Positions 17,735 through 26,365 of a stretch of DNA of 46,302 nt are shown in pieces (position 1 is the first letter of the stretch; each line of letters begins with the position of its first letter). Source of the stretch: an uncultured Nitrososphaeria archaeon (GTDB lineage: Archaea > Thermoproteota > Nitrososphaeria_A > Caldarchaeales > JAVZCJ01); NCBI GenBank assembly GCA_964532175.1, contig CAZHGP010000002.1, positions 18,908 through 65,209 of the forward strand, in the 5' to 3' direction. The notes under the pieces are model-generated. The model did not search any database, was not told the origin of the DNA, and saw only the letters and a list, made by a program, of their open reading frames with translations. A program made the position numbers and the translations under genes.

Positions 17735-19858
17735 ATGTCTCAAAAACTAAAAATTTATGAACAAAGTACAGACCATAGCAATCACATAGTTTTATTAACT
17801 TTGAATGGTTTAACAAGATTAGCTGCTGACCATATCCTTCATAAAGAAATGGTAGGACATTTAGAAGAAACTATAGGGAATGTGATTCGAGCATTGAACA
17901 TTGAATTTCAAAAATCTTTAATAGATTTTAATAAAAAAGAGAATTTCTTAATTCGTGCAAGAGCTTACGATTTATTAATACAAATAGCTCTTAATCTTTA
18001 TGGATTAGAAAGTAAGATAATTGGTTTTTCTAAAAAGGAGAAAGAAAGAACTTTAAAAATAATAGAAAATGCTTTAAGAGATTGGGAATATACTGAAAAA
18101 GAAGCCTCTAAGAAATTTGGAGGAGCATTAGCTTCTAAATTTGTTATTGAAGAAAATTTATCTGAAATGAAGAAAGTAATGTCACCATCAGGTTACTTTA
18201 GAGCTCCTGGTTCTATGATATCATACATGGCAGAAAATATAGAAAAAGGATTAAAAGAAGATTCATTTTTACTTTCTTTTCTATTTGAAGCGAAAAAACA
18301 AATTGAAGAAAACATATACTATAAATTAAGTGAAAAAGGTTTTTGCAAATTTGGTAATGATTATGCTCTTGGACTTAGATGGATGAGGCATCTTGGTTTT
18401 GTTCAAGTTTCAACAAATCCTTCATTAGCTGCAATAGCTTATCTCGATGATCCAAGCCTTTGGGAAGGATATGAAGAAAAATTCTATAGTGAAAATCTTT
18501 GTAAAAGTTTTAAGAAAATAATCGAAGAATATGCTGAATTATTAGAAAATCCTGAAAAACATGGAGATGAACTTGCTGCATATGGTACTGAAGTTTCAAT
18601 ATGGCCAAATTTAGCTATTTTTAGACCAATTGCTATAAATTCAAATATGTTTCTTGGAATGGTTAGTTTACAATTGAATCCAACAATAGCTGATAGCTAT
18701 GAAAAAAGTATTGAAAATGCTTTAAAAATATATTCTGATGCGCAAGAATTTTTCAAAGAATATGATAAATATCTCCTTTGGGGATATTCTCAAAATATAG
18801 AAAGAGGTAGGCCGAATATAGTTTTTAAAGTAGCTGGTAGTTCTCCAGCCGCTATTAATATTACTTCTCATTTAGAAAGCTTAGGTATAGGAACAAATAA
18901 TACAGTAACTTTTACAGTATCGCAAGAAGTTGAATTAATATTAGCTAAAATAGAAGGAAGAGCTAAAGCTATTAAGAAAGGAATACCTTTAACAACTGTT
19001 TATGAAACGAACATGGGAGGTAGATTTGAAGATTTTATTAGAGAATATAAAGCTGAGAAATTATTAAGAAAAGCTTTAGAAAAAGTAAGCGATAAAGAAC
19101 AAGCATTAAATGATTTAGCAGAAAAATTGGGTATTGGAAAAGAAATAAAAAATATTAAATCTATTAATGAGAAAATAATAAAAATTTCAAGTCATTTAAG
19201 GCCTTTGGATATACAACCATTCATTGATTTCTTATCAAATGCTGGAGTTCCTGATGCAAAAAATCTTTCACAAATAGAGAAAGATATTAGTCAAGCAAGT
19301 ATATGCATCACAAAAAGAGTTTATGAAATATTTTTCCATCCTAAAAATAGACTTAAATGGTTAAAATATATCCAATCAAAATATGGATTAACTAAAGATC
19401 AAGCATATGAAGTATTAAAAGGTATTCATGTATTACCTGCTTCAAAAAGGAAACCAGCTGAAACTTTAGAAACACTTGCAAATGATTACATGGTACATAC
19501 AGAATTCCCAAATCATCAAAAGAATGTACTCTTAGAAAGTATGAAACCTGGTTTTAAAATTGAAAAATTAAAAAATTCTGTTCTAAAACCAATAGATCGA
19601 AGACTTATTTCTAGACTTCTTAAAGATGAGGATATAGGTGAAATTTTTAAGAGTTCTTGGGAACTTACTCCAAATTTAATAGAAAAACTTAAAGAAGCAA
19701 AGATATTAAATGCTGAGAAATATGGAACAAATGGTATTCCTCCAGAAAAATGGGCAGACTTTGGATCAACAATAAGAACGATGAATGAATTTTCAAATAG
19801 TTATGAAAAATTCAAGAAAGAATGCATTGAACATGTTATAAAATGGTTTAAAAAATAA
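17735..19858 (+). CDS. Large (707 aa) protein with a central transaldolase/Fsa-like TIM-barrel region
   Basis: VQVSTNPSLAA (TTNPSL signature), NIVFKVAGS (Schiff-base Lys position) and GIGTNNTVTFTVSQ (CNLTLLFS-like) occur in the order seen in transaldolases. About 200 aa N-terminal and about 280 aa C-terminal extensions belong to no recognised family. Confidence 0.5.
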   Translation: MSQKLKIYEQSTDHSNHIVLLTLNGLTRLAADHILHKEMVGHLEETIGNVIRALNIEFQKSLIDFNKKENFLIRARAYDLLIQIALNLYGLESKIIGFSKKEKERTLKIIENALRDWEYTEKEASKKFGGALASKFVIEENLSEMKKVMSPSGYFRAPGSMISYMAENIEKGLKEDSFLLSFLFEAKKQIEENIYYKLSEKGFCKFGNDYALGLRWMRHLGFVQVSTNPSLAAIAYLDDPSLWEGYEEKFYSENLCKSFKKIIEEYAELLENPEKHGDELAAYGTEVSIWPNLAIFRPIAINSNMFLGMVSLQLNPTIADSYEKSIENALKIYSDAQEFFKEYDKYLLWGYSQNIERGRPNIVFKVAGSSPAAINITSHLESLGIGTNNTVTFTVSQEVELILAKIEGRAKAIKKGIPLTTVYETNMGGRFEDFIREYKAEKLLRKALEKVSDKEQALNDLAEKLGIGKEIKNIKSINEKIIKISSHLRPLDIQPFIDFLSNAGVPDAKNLSQIEKDISQASICITKRVYEIFFHPKNRLKWLKYIQSKYGLTKDQAYEVLKGIHVLPASKRKPAETLETLANDYMVHTEFPNHQKNVLLESMKPGFKIEKLKNSVLKPIDRRLISRLLKDEDIGEIFKSSWELTPNLIEKLKEAKILNAEKYGTNGIPPEKWADFGSTIRTMNEFSNSYEKFKKECIEHVIKWFKK

Positions 19859-19903
19859 TTTTTATATTTTTAAATAGCATTGACATGCTATACATACTAT
19901 ATA

Positions 19904-20011
19904 TAGCCCGGGGGAGATTCGAACTCCCGTCGATGGGTTACTCCTTATTTGATCCAGAGCCCATCATCCCTAGTCCCTTTCTAACCAGTTTGACCACTAG
20001 ACGACCGGGCT
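19904..20011 (-). tRNA. tRNA-Gln (anticodon CUG) with two introns: a 15-nt canonical 37/38 intron (19939-19953) and a ~20-nt D-loop intron (19970-19989)
   Basis: - Reverse complement starts AGCCCGG and ends CCGGGCUA, a 7-bp acceptor stem plus discriminator A.
- T arm GGGAG-UUCGAAU-CUCCC.
- Anticodon stem AUGGG/CCCAU with loop CUCUGGA after intron removal.
- D stem GUCU/GGAU. Confidence 0.85.
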
Positions 20012-20046
20012 ATATATTGAATATATTTTTAATATTCTTAATAAAG

Positions 20047-20054
20047 TTTATATA
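20047..20054 (+). promoter_or_regulatory. Candidate TATA box (tttatata, preceded by A-rich BRE-like aaag) for tfb at 20128
   Basis: Consensus-like archaeal TATA about 75 nt upstream of the ATG, in the divergent spacer shared with tRNA-Gln. Confidence 0.3.
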
Positions 20055-20127
20055 TTGGCTTCTAAAAAAGTTTACAATAGTTTTATGATAATTGGCTTAT
20101 TTCTCCTAATTCTTAAAAGGTGTTTTA

Positions 20128-21063
20128 ATGAATAAAGAAAAGAAGCTTTTTTTAAAGGATCAAATTTGCCCTGAATGTGGTTCACCTTTTTTAATTAAGG
20201 ATAGTAGTACTGGAGAAGTATCTTGTCAAGAATGTGGATATGTAATTATAGAAAAAGGAGTTGATAGAGGGCCTGAATGGAGAAATTTTAATGAAGAAAG
20301 TGAAAAACGTAGCAGAGTAGGCGCTCCATTATCTATAATATATCATGATCAAGGATTATCAACAGTTATTGAAAAAATCCATAAAGATGCAAGTGGGAAG
20401 AATCTTCCAAAAGAAGTTAGAGAATCTCTTTTAAGATTAAGAAAACTTGATGTTACTTCACAAGTTAATCCATCTGAAACAAGAAATTTACAACAAGCAA
20501 TAAATATATTAGAGATTTATGCTGATAAATTACATTTATCAACTCCAGTTATTGAGAAAGCAATGCAAATATATAGAAAAGCTTTTAAAAATGGGCTTGT
20601 AAGAGGCAGGTCTATAAGAGCAATTATAGCTGCAGCAATTTATGCTGCTTGTAGAATAAATTATACTCCAAGAGATTTAAGAGAATTTGAAAAAGCATAT
20701 CCAATTGTTAAGAAAAAAGCTATAGCTCAAGGTTATAGGCTTTTAGTTAAATATCTTAATTTAAAAATTCCAGTAATAGACCCAACTATATATGTTAATA
20801 AAATTGCTTCAAAGCTTGGTTTAAGTCAAAATATTATTCAAGAAACAATTAAAATATTAAATAAAGCTGAAGAAGTTGGAGCAACAATAGGTAAAGATCC
20901 TGTAGGAATTGCAGCTGCAGCATTATACATGTCATGTCAAAAATTGCATCCAGAAATAACTCAGAAAGACATTGCTAAAGTCGCAGGAGTTACAGAAGTA
21001 ACTGTACGTAATCGTTTTAAGAATTTAAAAGATACGTTTAACTCTCACAAGATATTAATATAA
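20128..21063 (+). CDS. tfb: Transcription initiation factor TFB (TFIIB homolog), paralog 1
   Basis: Zn ribbon CPECGS...CQECG, B-reader/linker GPEWRNF...RVGAP, two cyclin-like repeats, C-terminal VTEVTVRNRFK. Confidence 0.9.
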   Translation: MNKEKKLFLKDQICPECGSPFLIKDSSTGEVSCQECGYVIIEKGVDRGPEWRNFNEESEKRSRVGAPLSIIYHDQGLSTVIEKIHKDASGKNLPKEVRESLLRLRKLDVTSQVNPSETRNLQQAINILEIYADKLHLSTPVIEKAMQIYRKAFKNGLVRGRSIRAIIAAAIYAACRINYTPRDLREFEKAYPIVKKKAIAQGYRLLVKYLNLKIPVIDPTIYVNKIASKLGLSQNIIQETIKILNKAEEVGATIGKDPVGIAAAALYMSCQKLHPEITQKDIAKVAGVTEVTVRNRFKNLKDTFNSHKILI

Positions 21064-21242
21064 TAATCTCTATTCTTACTATTCCTTAATTTCTCCCTTT
21101 TTTATTTTACTTTTAAAAAGATTTTTTGTATAGAGAAGAAATAACTATGAAAAGAACTACTTTTTTCTTATTGAAATACTCTTAAAATTTTTCTTTTTTA
21201 AACTTTTTCTTATACCTTTTTTAAATATTTTATTGATTTAAG

Positions 21243-21458
21243 ATGCCTTATTGTATAGAATGTGGTGGCTTACTAGAATATGATAGAGAGCTTAAATCAT
21301 ATTATTGTAAAAGTTGTGGTGCAACTTTTTCACTTCAAGAATTATTAACATTAAGAGATAAAAAGAAATTAATTAATAATAAAAATAAAAATGAGAAAAA
21401 GAAAAAAATGGAATATTTAGAATGGTGGTTATCTGAAAAAGAGAAAAAAAGTAAATAA
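21243..21458 (+). CDS. Small zinc-ribbon protein with a K-rich tail
   Basis: CIECGG...x13...CKSCG followed by a lysine-rich C-terminus. Family not recognised. Confidence 0.4.
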   Translation: MPYCIECGGLLEYDRELKSYYCKSCGATFSLQELLTLRDKKKLINNKNKNEKKKKMEYLEWWLSEKEKKSK

Positions 21459-21495
21459 AAAAGTAAATAAATATTAAAAAAACTAAAGAGTTGAA

Positions 21496-22257
21496 ATGTA
21501 TTCCTTATTCATTCTAGGAACAGCAGGATCAGGTAAATCTACTTTAGCTTATTCATTTAGTGAATGGCTTAAAGATCAGGAACAATCTTGTATAAATGTA
21601 AACCTAGACCCTGCAGCAATAACTTTACCTTATGAACCAGATATAGATATAAGAGATTATATTGATTATGAAAGAATAATGGCTGAAAGAGGTTTAGGAC
21701 CAAATGCAGCATTGATAGCTTCTTTAAGAGAATTTTGTGAAGAAATAGATGATTTTAAAGAAGAAATAGAAAACTATAATGTCGATTATTGTATTATTGA
21801 TACTCCTGGGCAACTTGAGCTTTTTGCTTTTAGAAAAGAAGGTGAATTTTTAGCAAATAATTTAGTATCTTATCCTAAAGGAATAATATTTTTAATAGAT
21901 CCTGTATTTTGTTCTTCACCTAAAAATTTTGTAGCAAGCTTATTTTTATCAATTTCAGTATATACTGTTTTTAATTTACCAACAATTCTTGCTTTATCCA
22001 AATCAGATTCATTAAATAAGAAAGAACTTGATAAAATTATTAATTGGTTTGAAGAAAAAGATAGATTATTATTAGATATAGATTCTTCTCTTAAGGGTTT
22101 ATCTTCAGCAATTTCTTTTGAAATTGCTTCAGCTATTTTAGAAATAGTAAATTCTTTAGACTTTGTTCCAATATCATCTTTTGAATTAACTGGTTTTACA
22201 GAACTTCATGCAGCTATAACACGTATGTTAGGAGAAGGTGAAATAGAAATTAGATAA
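21496..22257 (+). CDS. GPN-loop GTPase (Npa3/XAB1 family)
   Basis: P-loop GTAGSGKST, the GPN signature GLGPNAA, and DTPGQLE. Confidence 0.8.
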   Translation: MYSLFILGTAGSGKSTLAYSFSEWLKDQEQSCINVNLDPAAITLPYEPDIDIRDYIDYERIMAERGLGPNAALIASLREFCEEIDDFKEEIENYNVDYCIIDTPGQLELFAFRKEGEFLANNLVSYPKGIIFLIDPVFCSSPKNFVASLFLSISVYTVFNLPTILALSKSDSLNKKELDKIINWFEEKDRLLLDIDSSLKGLSSAISFEIASAILEIVNSLDFVPISSFELTGFTELHAAITRMLGEGEIEIR

Positions 22258-22273
22258 AAGGAGGTTAAATAAT

Positions 22274-23143
22274 TTGGAAAACTTAGAAGAAATAAATGAA
22301 ATTGAGAATTTAAAAGCTAAGATAAATGAAATAAATGAAAAAATAAATGAATTAATTAATGAAAAAAGTAAAATAATTGAAGAAAGAAATAAATATTTAC
22401 AAACATTAAAAACATTAAAGTCTGAAGTATATCAACTTAGAATAGGTAAAAATAATTTAAATGAAAGAATAAAGAAAATAATTGAAGAAATTAGATTAAC
22501 TAAAAAATCTCTATTAGAGAATATTAATAAAATTAAAGAATTAAAAAATAATATTAAATCATTAAATAAACCAAATTTATCAATTGAAAATATAAAAAAA
22601 AGAATAGAGAAAAATGAATGGATTATTCAAACAGAACTTCTTACACCTTTTGAAGAAAAAAAGCTTTATGAAGAAATTAGAAAATTAGAAAAACTTTTAA
22701 TAGATGCTGAAAAAATTAAAGAAATGAATAATGAAATAAATAGATTATTAATAGAAATAAATAATAAAAAAGAAATAATAAATAAAAATGCTTTAGAATT
22801 GCAAAAGCTCAAAGAAAAGAGAAATAGAATATTTAATGAATTTAAACCTCTTTTAGAAGATTATAAAAATATTAAAAATGAAATTATTATTCTTTCCAGA
22901 AAATATAATGATATAAAAAATAAGCATAGATTTTTAGAAGCTGAAAAAATATTATTAAATTCCAAATTAATTGAACTTATGTATAAAATAAAAAGTAAAA
23001 AGGAAGAAGAATTAAAAAGAAAAGAGGATGAAATCAAGAAAAAAATAAAGGAAGAAGCTTTAATGAAAATTAAAAATGGTAAAAAATTGACTTTCGAAGA
23101 ATTTAAGATTCTTTTTGAAGATCAAGAATCGGTTATTAAATAA
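22274..23143 (+). CDS. K/E/N-rich coiled-coil protein (possibly the conserved archaeal COG1340-type coiled-coil protein)
   Basis: 289 aa, heptad-like low-complexity sequence throughout, TTG start. The family assignment is only by size and composition. Confidence 0.4.
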   Translation: MENLEEINEIENLKAKINEINEKINELINEKSKIIEERNKYLQTLKTLKSEVYQLRIGKNNLNERIKKIIEEIRLTKKSLLENINKIKELKNNIKSLNKPNLSIENIKKRIEKNEWIIQTELLTPFEEKKLYEEIRKLEKLLIDAEKIKEMNNEINRLLIEINNKKEIINKNALELQKLKEKRNRIFNEFKPLLEDYKNIKNEIIILSRKYNDIKNKHRFLEAEKILLNSKLIELMYKIKSKKEEELKRKEDEIKKKIKEEALMKIKNGKKLTFEEFKILFEDQESVIK

Positions 23144-23147
23144 AATT

Positions 23148-24068
23148 TTAAAAAGCTACTTCTATATTCAATTTCTCGAGTAATTCTTTATATCTATTTC
23201 TAATCGTTACTTCTGTTACATGAGCAATTTCTGCTATTTCTCTTTGAGTTATATTGTAATTCAAAAGAATAGCAGCAACATATGTTGCTGCTGCAGCTAA
23301 ACTTATAGGACCTTTACCACTTGTTATTCTTGCATTTCTAGCAACATCATATATTAAATTAGCTATTTTTTCTACTTCTCCTCCTAAATTAAGATTATTT
23401 ACAAAACGTGAAATATACAATCTTACATCTGAAAGATTTGATGAAATATTTAATGAACGTATCATTAATCTATAACACTTCCCAACTTCCTTCTTAGAAA
23501 CATTTGCAGCCTTTGATACTTCTGAAAGTAATCTAACAATATTACATTGTTTACAAGAGAGATAAAGTGCTGCTGCAGCTATTCCTTTTAATGATCTAGC
23601 ACGTGGCATATTACTTCTGAATATTTTTCTAACATACATTGAAGCTGTTTCTATAACACTATTTGGCAGTCCTAAAGCCGCTCCTATTATATTTAATTCA
23701 TGTAAAATTTTAGATAATGCTCTGCTTTCACTATCCATTATTTTAGTTCTTTTATCCCATTTATCTAATAATTTAACATTCTCGACTTGTTCTTTACTTG
23801 AAATTTTTCCATTATAAACACCAATTTTTGTTGATAATCCTTTATCATGTATAGAAAGTGTGACAGGAGCACCAACACGTACTCTTAATTTATCTTTTTC
23901 TCCTTCAAAATTGTGCCACTCAGGACCAAAATCATAAGTTTTTTGAACTATTACTACACCACAATCTTTACAAGATACCTCACCAGTTCTAGAATCTATT
24001 AAGAGATTTATACTGCCACATTCTGGGCAACGAGTAATAGTTTCATCTAATGAAGTTTTACGAGGCAT
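23148..24068 (-). CDS. tfb: Transcription initiation factor TFB (TFIIB homolog), paralog 2
   Basis: Zn ribbon CPECGS...CKDCG, GPEWHNF...RVGAP, cyclin repeats, VTEVTIRNRYK. Confidence 0.9.
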   Translation of the reverse strand: MPRKTSLDETITRCPECGSINLLIDSRTGEVSCKDCGVVIVQKTYDFGPEWHNFEGEKDKLRVRVGAPVTLSIHDKGLSTKIGVYNGKISSKEQVENVKLLDKWDKRTKIMDSESRALSKILHELNIIGAALGLPNSVIETASMYVRKIFRSNMPRARSLKGIAAAALYLSCKQCNIVRLLSEVSKAANVSKKEVGKCYRLMIRSLNISSNLSDVRLYISRFVNNLNLGGEVEKIANLIYDVARNARITSGKGPISLAAAATYVAAILLNYNITQREIAEIAHVTEVTIRNRYKELLEKLNIEVAF

Positions 24069-24072
24069 TTTT

Positions 24073-24321
24073 TCACTCCTTTAAATAAACTTTTATAATT
24101 TTTGATAATAATTCTTCTTCATTAACTTTAATTTCTGCAAATGGAGAAGAAATAGGACCAAAAATATTTGAAATATATCCTATTTCATGCATTTCATCAT
24201 TAAATACTTTTTGTCCTAATTTAGGTATTTTTACATTATTATCAATTTTGACTATAATACTTTTAGTTGCTTTAATATAATGAAAAACACTCCCTAGCTT
24301 AATAATGTTATTAAGCATCAA
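24073..24321 (-). CDS. gar1: H/ACA RNP protein Gar1
   Basis: 82 aa; LGSVFHY...PKLGQKVF...IGYISNIFGPISSPFAEIKV matches the Gar1 core. Sits upstream of tfb as in many archaea. Confidence 0.75.
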   Translation of the reverse strand: MMLNNIIKLGSVFHYIKATKSIIVKIDNNVKIPKLGQKVFNDEMHEIGYISNIFGPISSPFAEIKVNEEELLSKIIKVYLKE

Positions 24322-24362
24322 TAATCACTACACATTTATTAAAAGTTAAATTTAAATCTTTT

Positions 24363-24647
24363 TTACTTAATTTTATTAATTTCATTAGCTATAAGTTTTA
24401 ATATTCTTGATTTTTTCTCTTTACAATTTTTAATAATTATCCTTCCAGTTTTCTTCCAATGAAAACTAGGATAAGAGCATTCTTTTTCTATTTCTATTTC
24501 ATAACCTAATTTTTTAATTGCTTCTGCAATTTTTTCAAGAGAAGGTTTTTCGATAGCTTTATCTAAAGATATTTTTCTTCCTTTATTTCTAGAAATTTTT
24601 TTGTCAAAATAAATTGGCCATATTATGATTCCATTTCTTTTAATCAA
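24363..24647 (-). CDS. srp19: Signal recognition particle protein SRP19
   Basis: IIIWPIYFD...SRNKGRKIS...YPSFHWKKTGRIII. The likely start is the TTG at 24647, after SD agggggt; the track ATG at 24689 would overlap S8e. Confidence 0.8.
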   Translation of the reverse strand: MIKRNGIIIWPIYFDKKISRNKGRKISLDKAIEKPSLEKIAEAIKKLGYEIEIEKECSYPSFHWKKTGRIIIKNCKEKKSRILKLIANEINKIK

Positions 24648-24660
24648 TTTAAAACCCCCT

Positions 24661-25047
24661 CTATTTGCTCTCGCTAGTAAGTATAGCATTAATTACTCCA
24701 TTTTGTCCAGGTCTAGAAGTTACAATAGCTACACCTAAAGATGTTTCAATAATAGAACCTTTAGTTATTATGCCTCTTCTTTCATAATCTTTATTAGCCG
24801 GGTTTTTTAATAATCTTATAATTTTAGCTTTTTGAGTTTTTCCAGTTTTAGGATCGGTTACATTTGCTTCATTTGTTGATGCTACAGCAACCTTTATATT
24901 TCCACCTCTTGTACGACGAATTTTAATTTTTTTCTCACCTATAGTGGTTTCTATTGGAAATCCTCCACGTTCAAATTTTCTTTTAGATCTATATGGTTTT
25001 CTTTTACCTCCAGTTTTCTTTCTTTTATGAATATCACTGTGCCACAT
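24661..25047 (-). CDS. rps8e: 30S ribosomal protein S8e (eS8)
   Basis: MWHSDIHKRKKTGGKR...RRTRGGN...GVINAIL; ends in TAG. Confidence 0.9.
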   Translation of the reverse strand: MWHSDIHKRKKTGGKRKPYRSKRKFERGGFPIETTIGEKKIKIRRTRGGNIKVAVASTNEANVTDPKTGKTQKAKIIRLLKNPANKDYERRGIITKGSIIETSLGVAIVTSRPGQNGVINAILTSESK

Positions 25048-25120
25048 TTTAATGTTTAATATTCTTTTTCCTTTATTATAAGGCTTAACATTTAAATATT
25101 GAAAATTAATCTCATAAAAT

Positions 25121-25651
25121 TTATTTATTATTTTCTATTTTCTTCTCTTTCATTAAATTTATTATAAGTTTTTTTATAATTTTTGGATCATTTTCTATTC
25201 CAAAATAATCAGCAAATAATTGAGAAGTTTTCAAAAGAAGCGTACGACCTATTTTTTCCCCTTCTATATATCCTTTCTCCATTAAAAATTTTATATGCTT
25301 ATAAGCTTGACTTCCTCTAACGGAAACTACGCGAGATTGATATACAGGTTGATTATAAGCTATATATGATAAAGTTTTTAAAATAGATTTTTTAAAAAGA
25401 GGTTTTTTAATAAATTTCTTAACTAAATTTACATATTCTGGTTTTAATTGCATTAAAAAGCGTTTATTTGATAAAGTATTTATAGTTATTGAATGTGTTG
25501 GAGAAGAATACTTCATTTTTAATTCTTCAATTATTTTTTCAGCTTCTTCTTCTGAATTTAACTTGCAAGCTTTAATAATTGTTTTTATATCTATTGGTTT
25601 ATCAGAAGAAAATAATAATGCTTCAACTAAAGCTATTTTATTAATTTCCAT
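25121..25651 (-). CDS. scpB: Segregation and condensation protein B (ScpB)
   Basis: ALVEALLFSSDKPI N-terminus, tandem winged-helix size, position after scpA. Confidence 0.8.
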   Translation of the reverse strand: MEINKIALVEALLFSSDKPIDIKTIIKACKLNSEEEAEKIIEELKMKYSSPTHSITINTLSNKRFLMQLKPEYVNLVKKFIKKPLFKKSILKTLSYIAYNQPVYQSRVVSVRGSQAYKHIKFLMEKGYIEGEKIGRTLLLKTSQLFADYFGIENDPKIIKKLIINLMKEKKIENNK

Positions 25652-25720
25652 TTTTCACTTCTTTTACATTATTAAAAGTTATTATAAATTTTTCTTATTA
25701 AATTTTGTTTTTAAAATAAT

Positions 25721-26365
25721 TTATTTAACTCGAATTATAAATATATCATCATTCTCTTCAATAAGATCTATATATTTTCTTGAAGCTATAAAAAGTAATA
25801 ATATAAAACGTTTTACAGCTTCTTTTCTATCAACATTAATTATTAATTCTCTAAAGGATATTTTTTCTTTTTTAGATAAAATATTATTTATAAATTCATA
25901 AAATTTCTCTATTTCTTCTTCAATTTTTAATATAAATTCTTCAACTTTAATATCTATTCCTTTAGGAGCTATTATTTTCTCTTCGATACTTTTTTGATCT
26001 ATTTCTCGTAAAACTTTTTCTAAAGCATCTATTAATTCTTTAAAAGTTGTTATAGTATATTCTGATTTTATAGGCAATTGTATAGGAGGTGGAACAAAAT
26101 CGTTTATTTTTTTAATAAGAGAAACTTCTTGCTTATCTATTTTTAAAATATTTTCAGTTTTCATTCTATGAATTATAGCTGATGAAAGAAGAATTGTGCC
26201 GCTTGATGAAAAATCTATATAACCACTTCTTTTTAAATCATCTAAAAATGATCTTATAAGTATTTGTAATTCAATTTCCCATGGTTTAATTTTTTGTAAA
26301 GAAATAATATTCAATAATATTTTCCATGGAGGAGAAGCTTTTTCTTTATTCATTTTTATCATCAT
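25721..26365 (-). CDS. scpA: Segregation and condensation protein A (ScpA kleisin)
   Basis: PWEIELQILIRSFLD...LLSSAIIHRMKTENIL pattern; 20-nt overlap with the end of smc. Confidence 0.7.
   Translation of the reverse strand: MMIKMNKEKASPPWKILLNIISLQKIKPWEIELQILIRSFLDDLKRSGYIDFSSSGTILLSSAIIHRMKTENILKIDKQEVSLIKKINDFVPPPIQLPIKSEYTITTFKELIDALEKVLREIDQKSIEEKIIAPKGIDIKVEEFILKIEEEIEKFYEFINNILSKKEKISFRELIINVDRKEAVKRFILLLFIASRKYIDLIEENDDIFIIRVK

Noticed and set aside
19872-19891. A 7-bp hairpin (ATAGCAT tgac ATGCTAT) between the transaldolase-like gene and the tRNA-Gln 3' end shares AAATAGCA with the rnhB intron stem, hinting at a repeated element.
   Set aside because: The shared string is only ~8-9 nt in an AT-rich genome, and the loop and flanks differ. 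It is more plausibly a simple 3'-end or termination structure between convergent genes.
19885-20088. A 67-aa track ORF on the plus strand.
   Set aside because: It is entirely explained by the antisense of tRNA-Gln plus AT-rich spacer; there is no coding signal.
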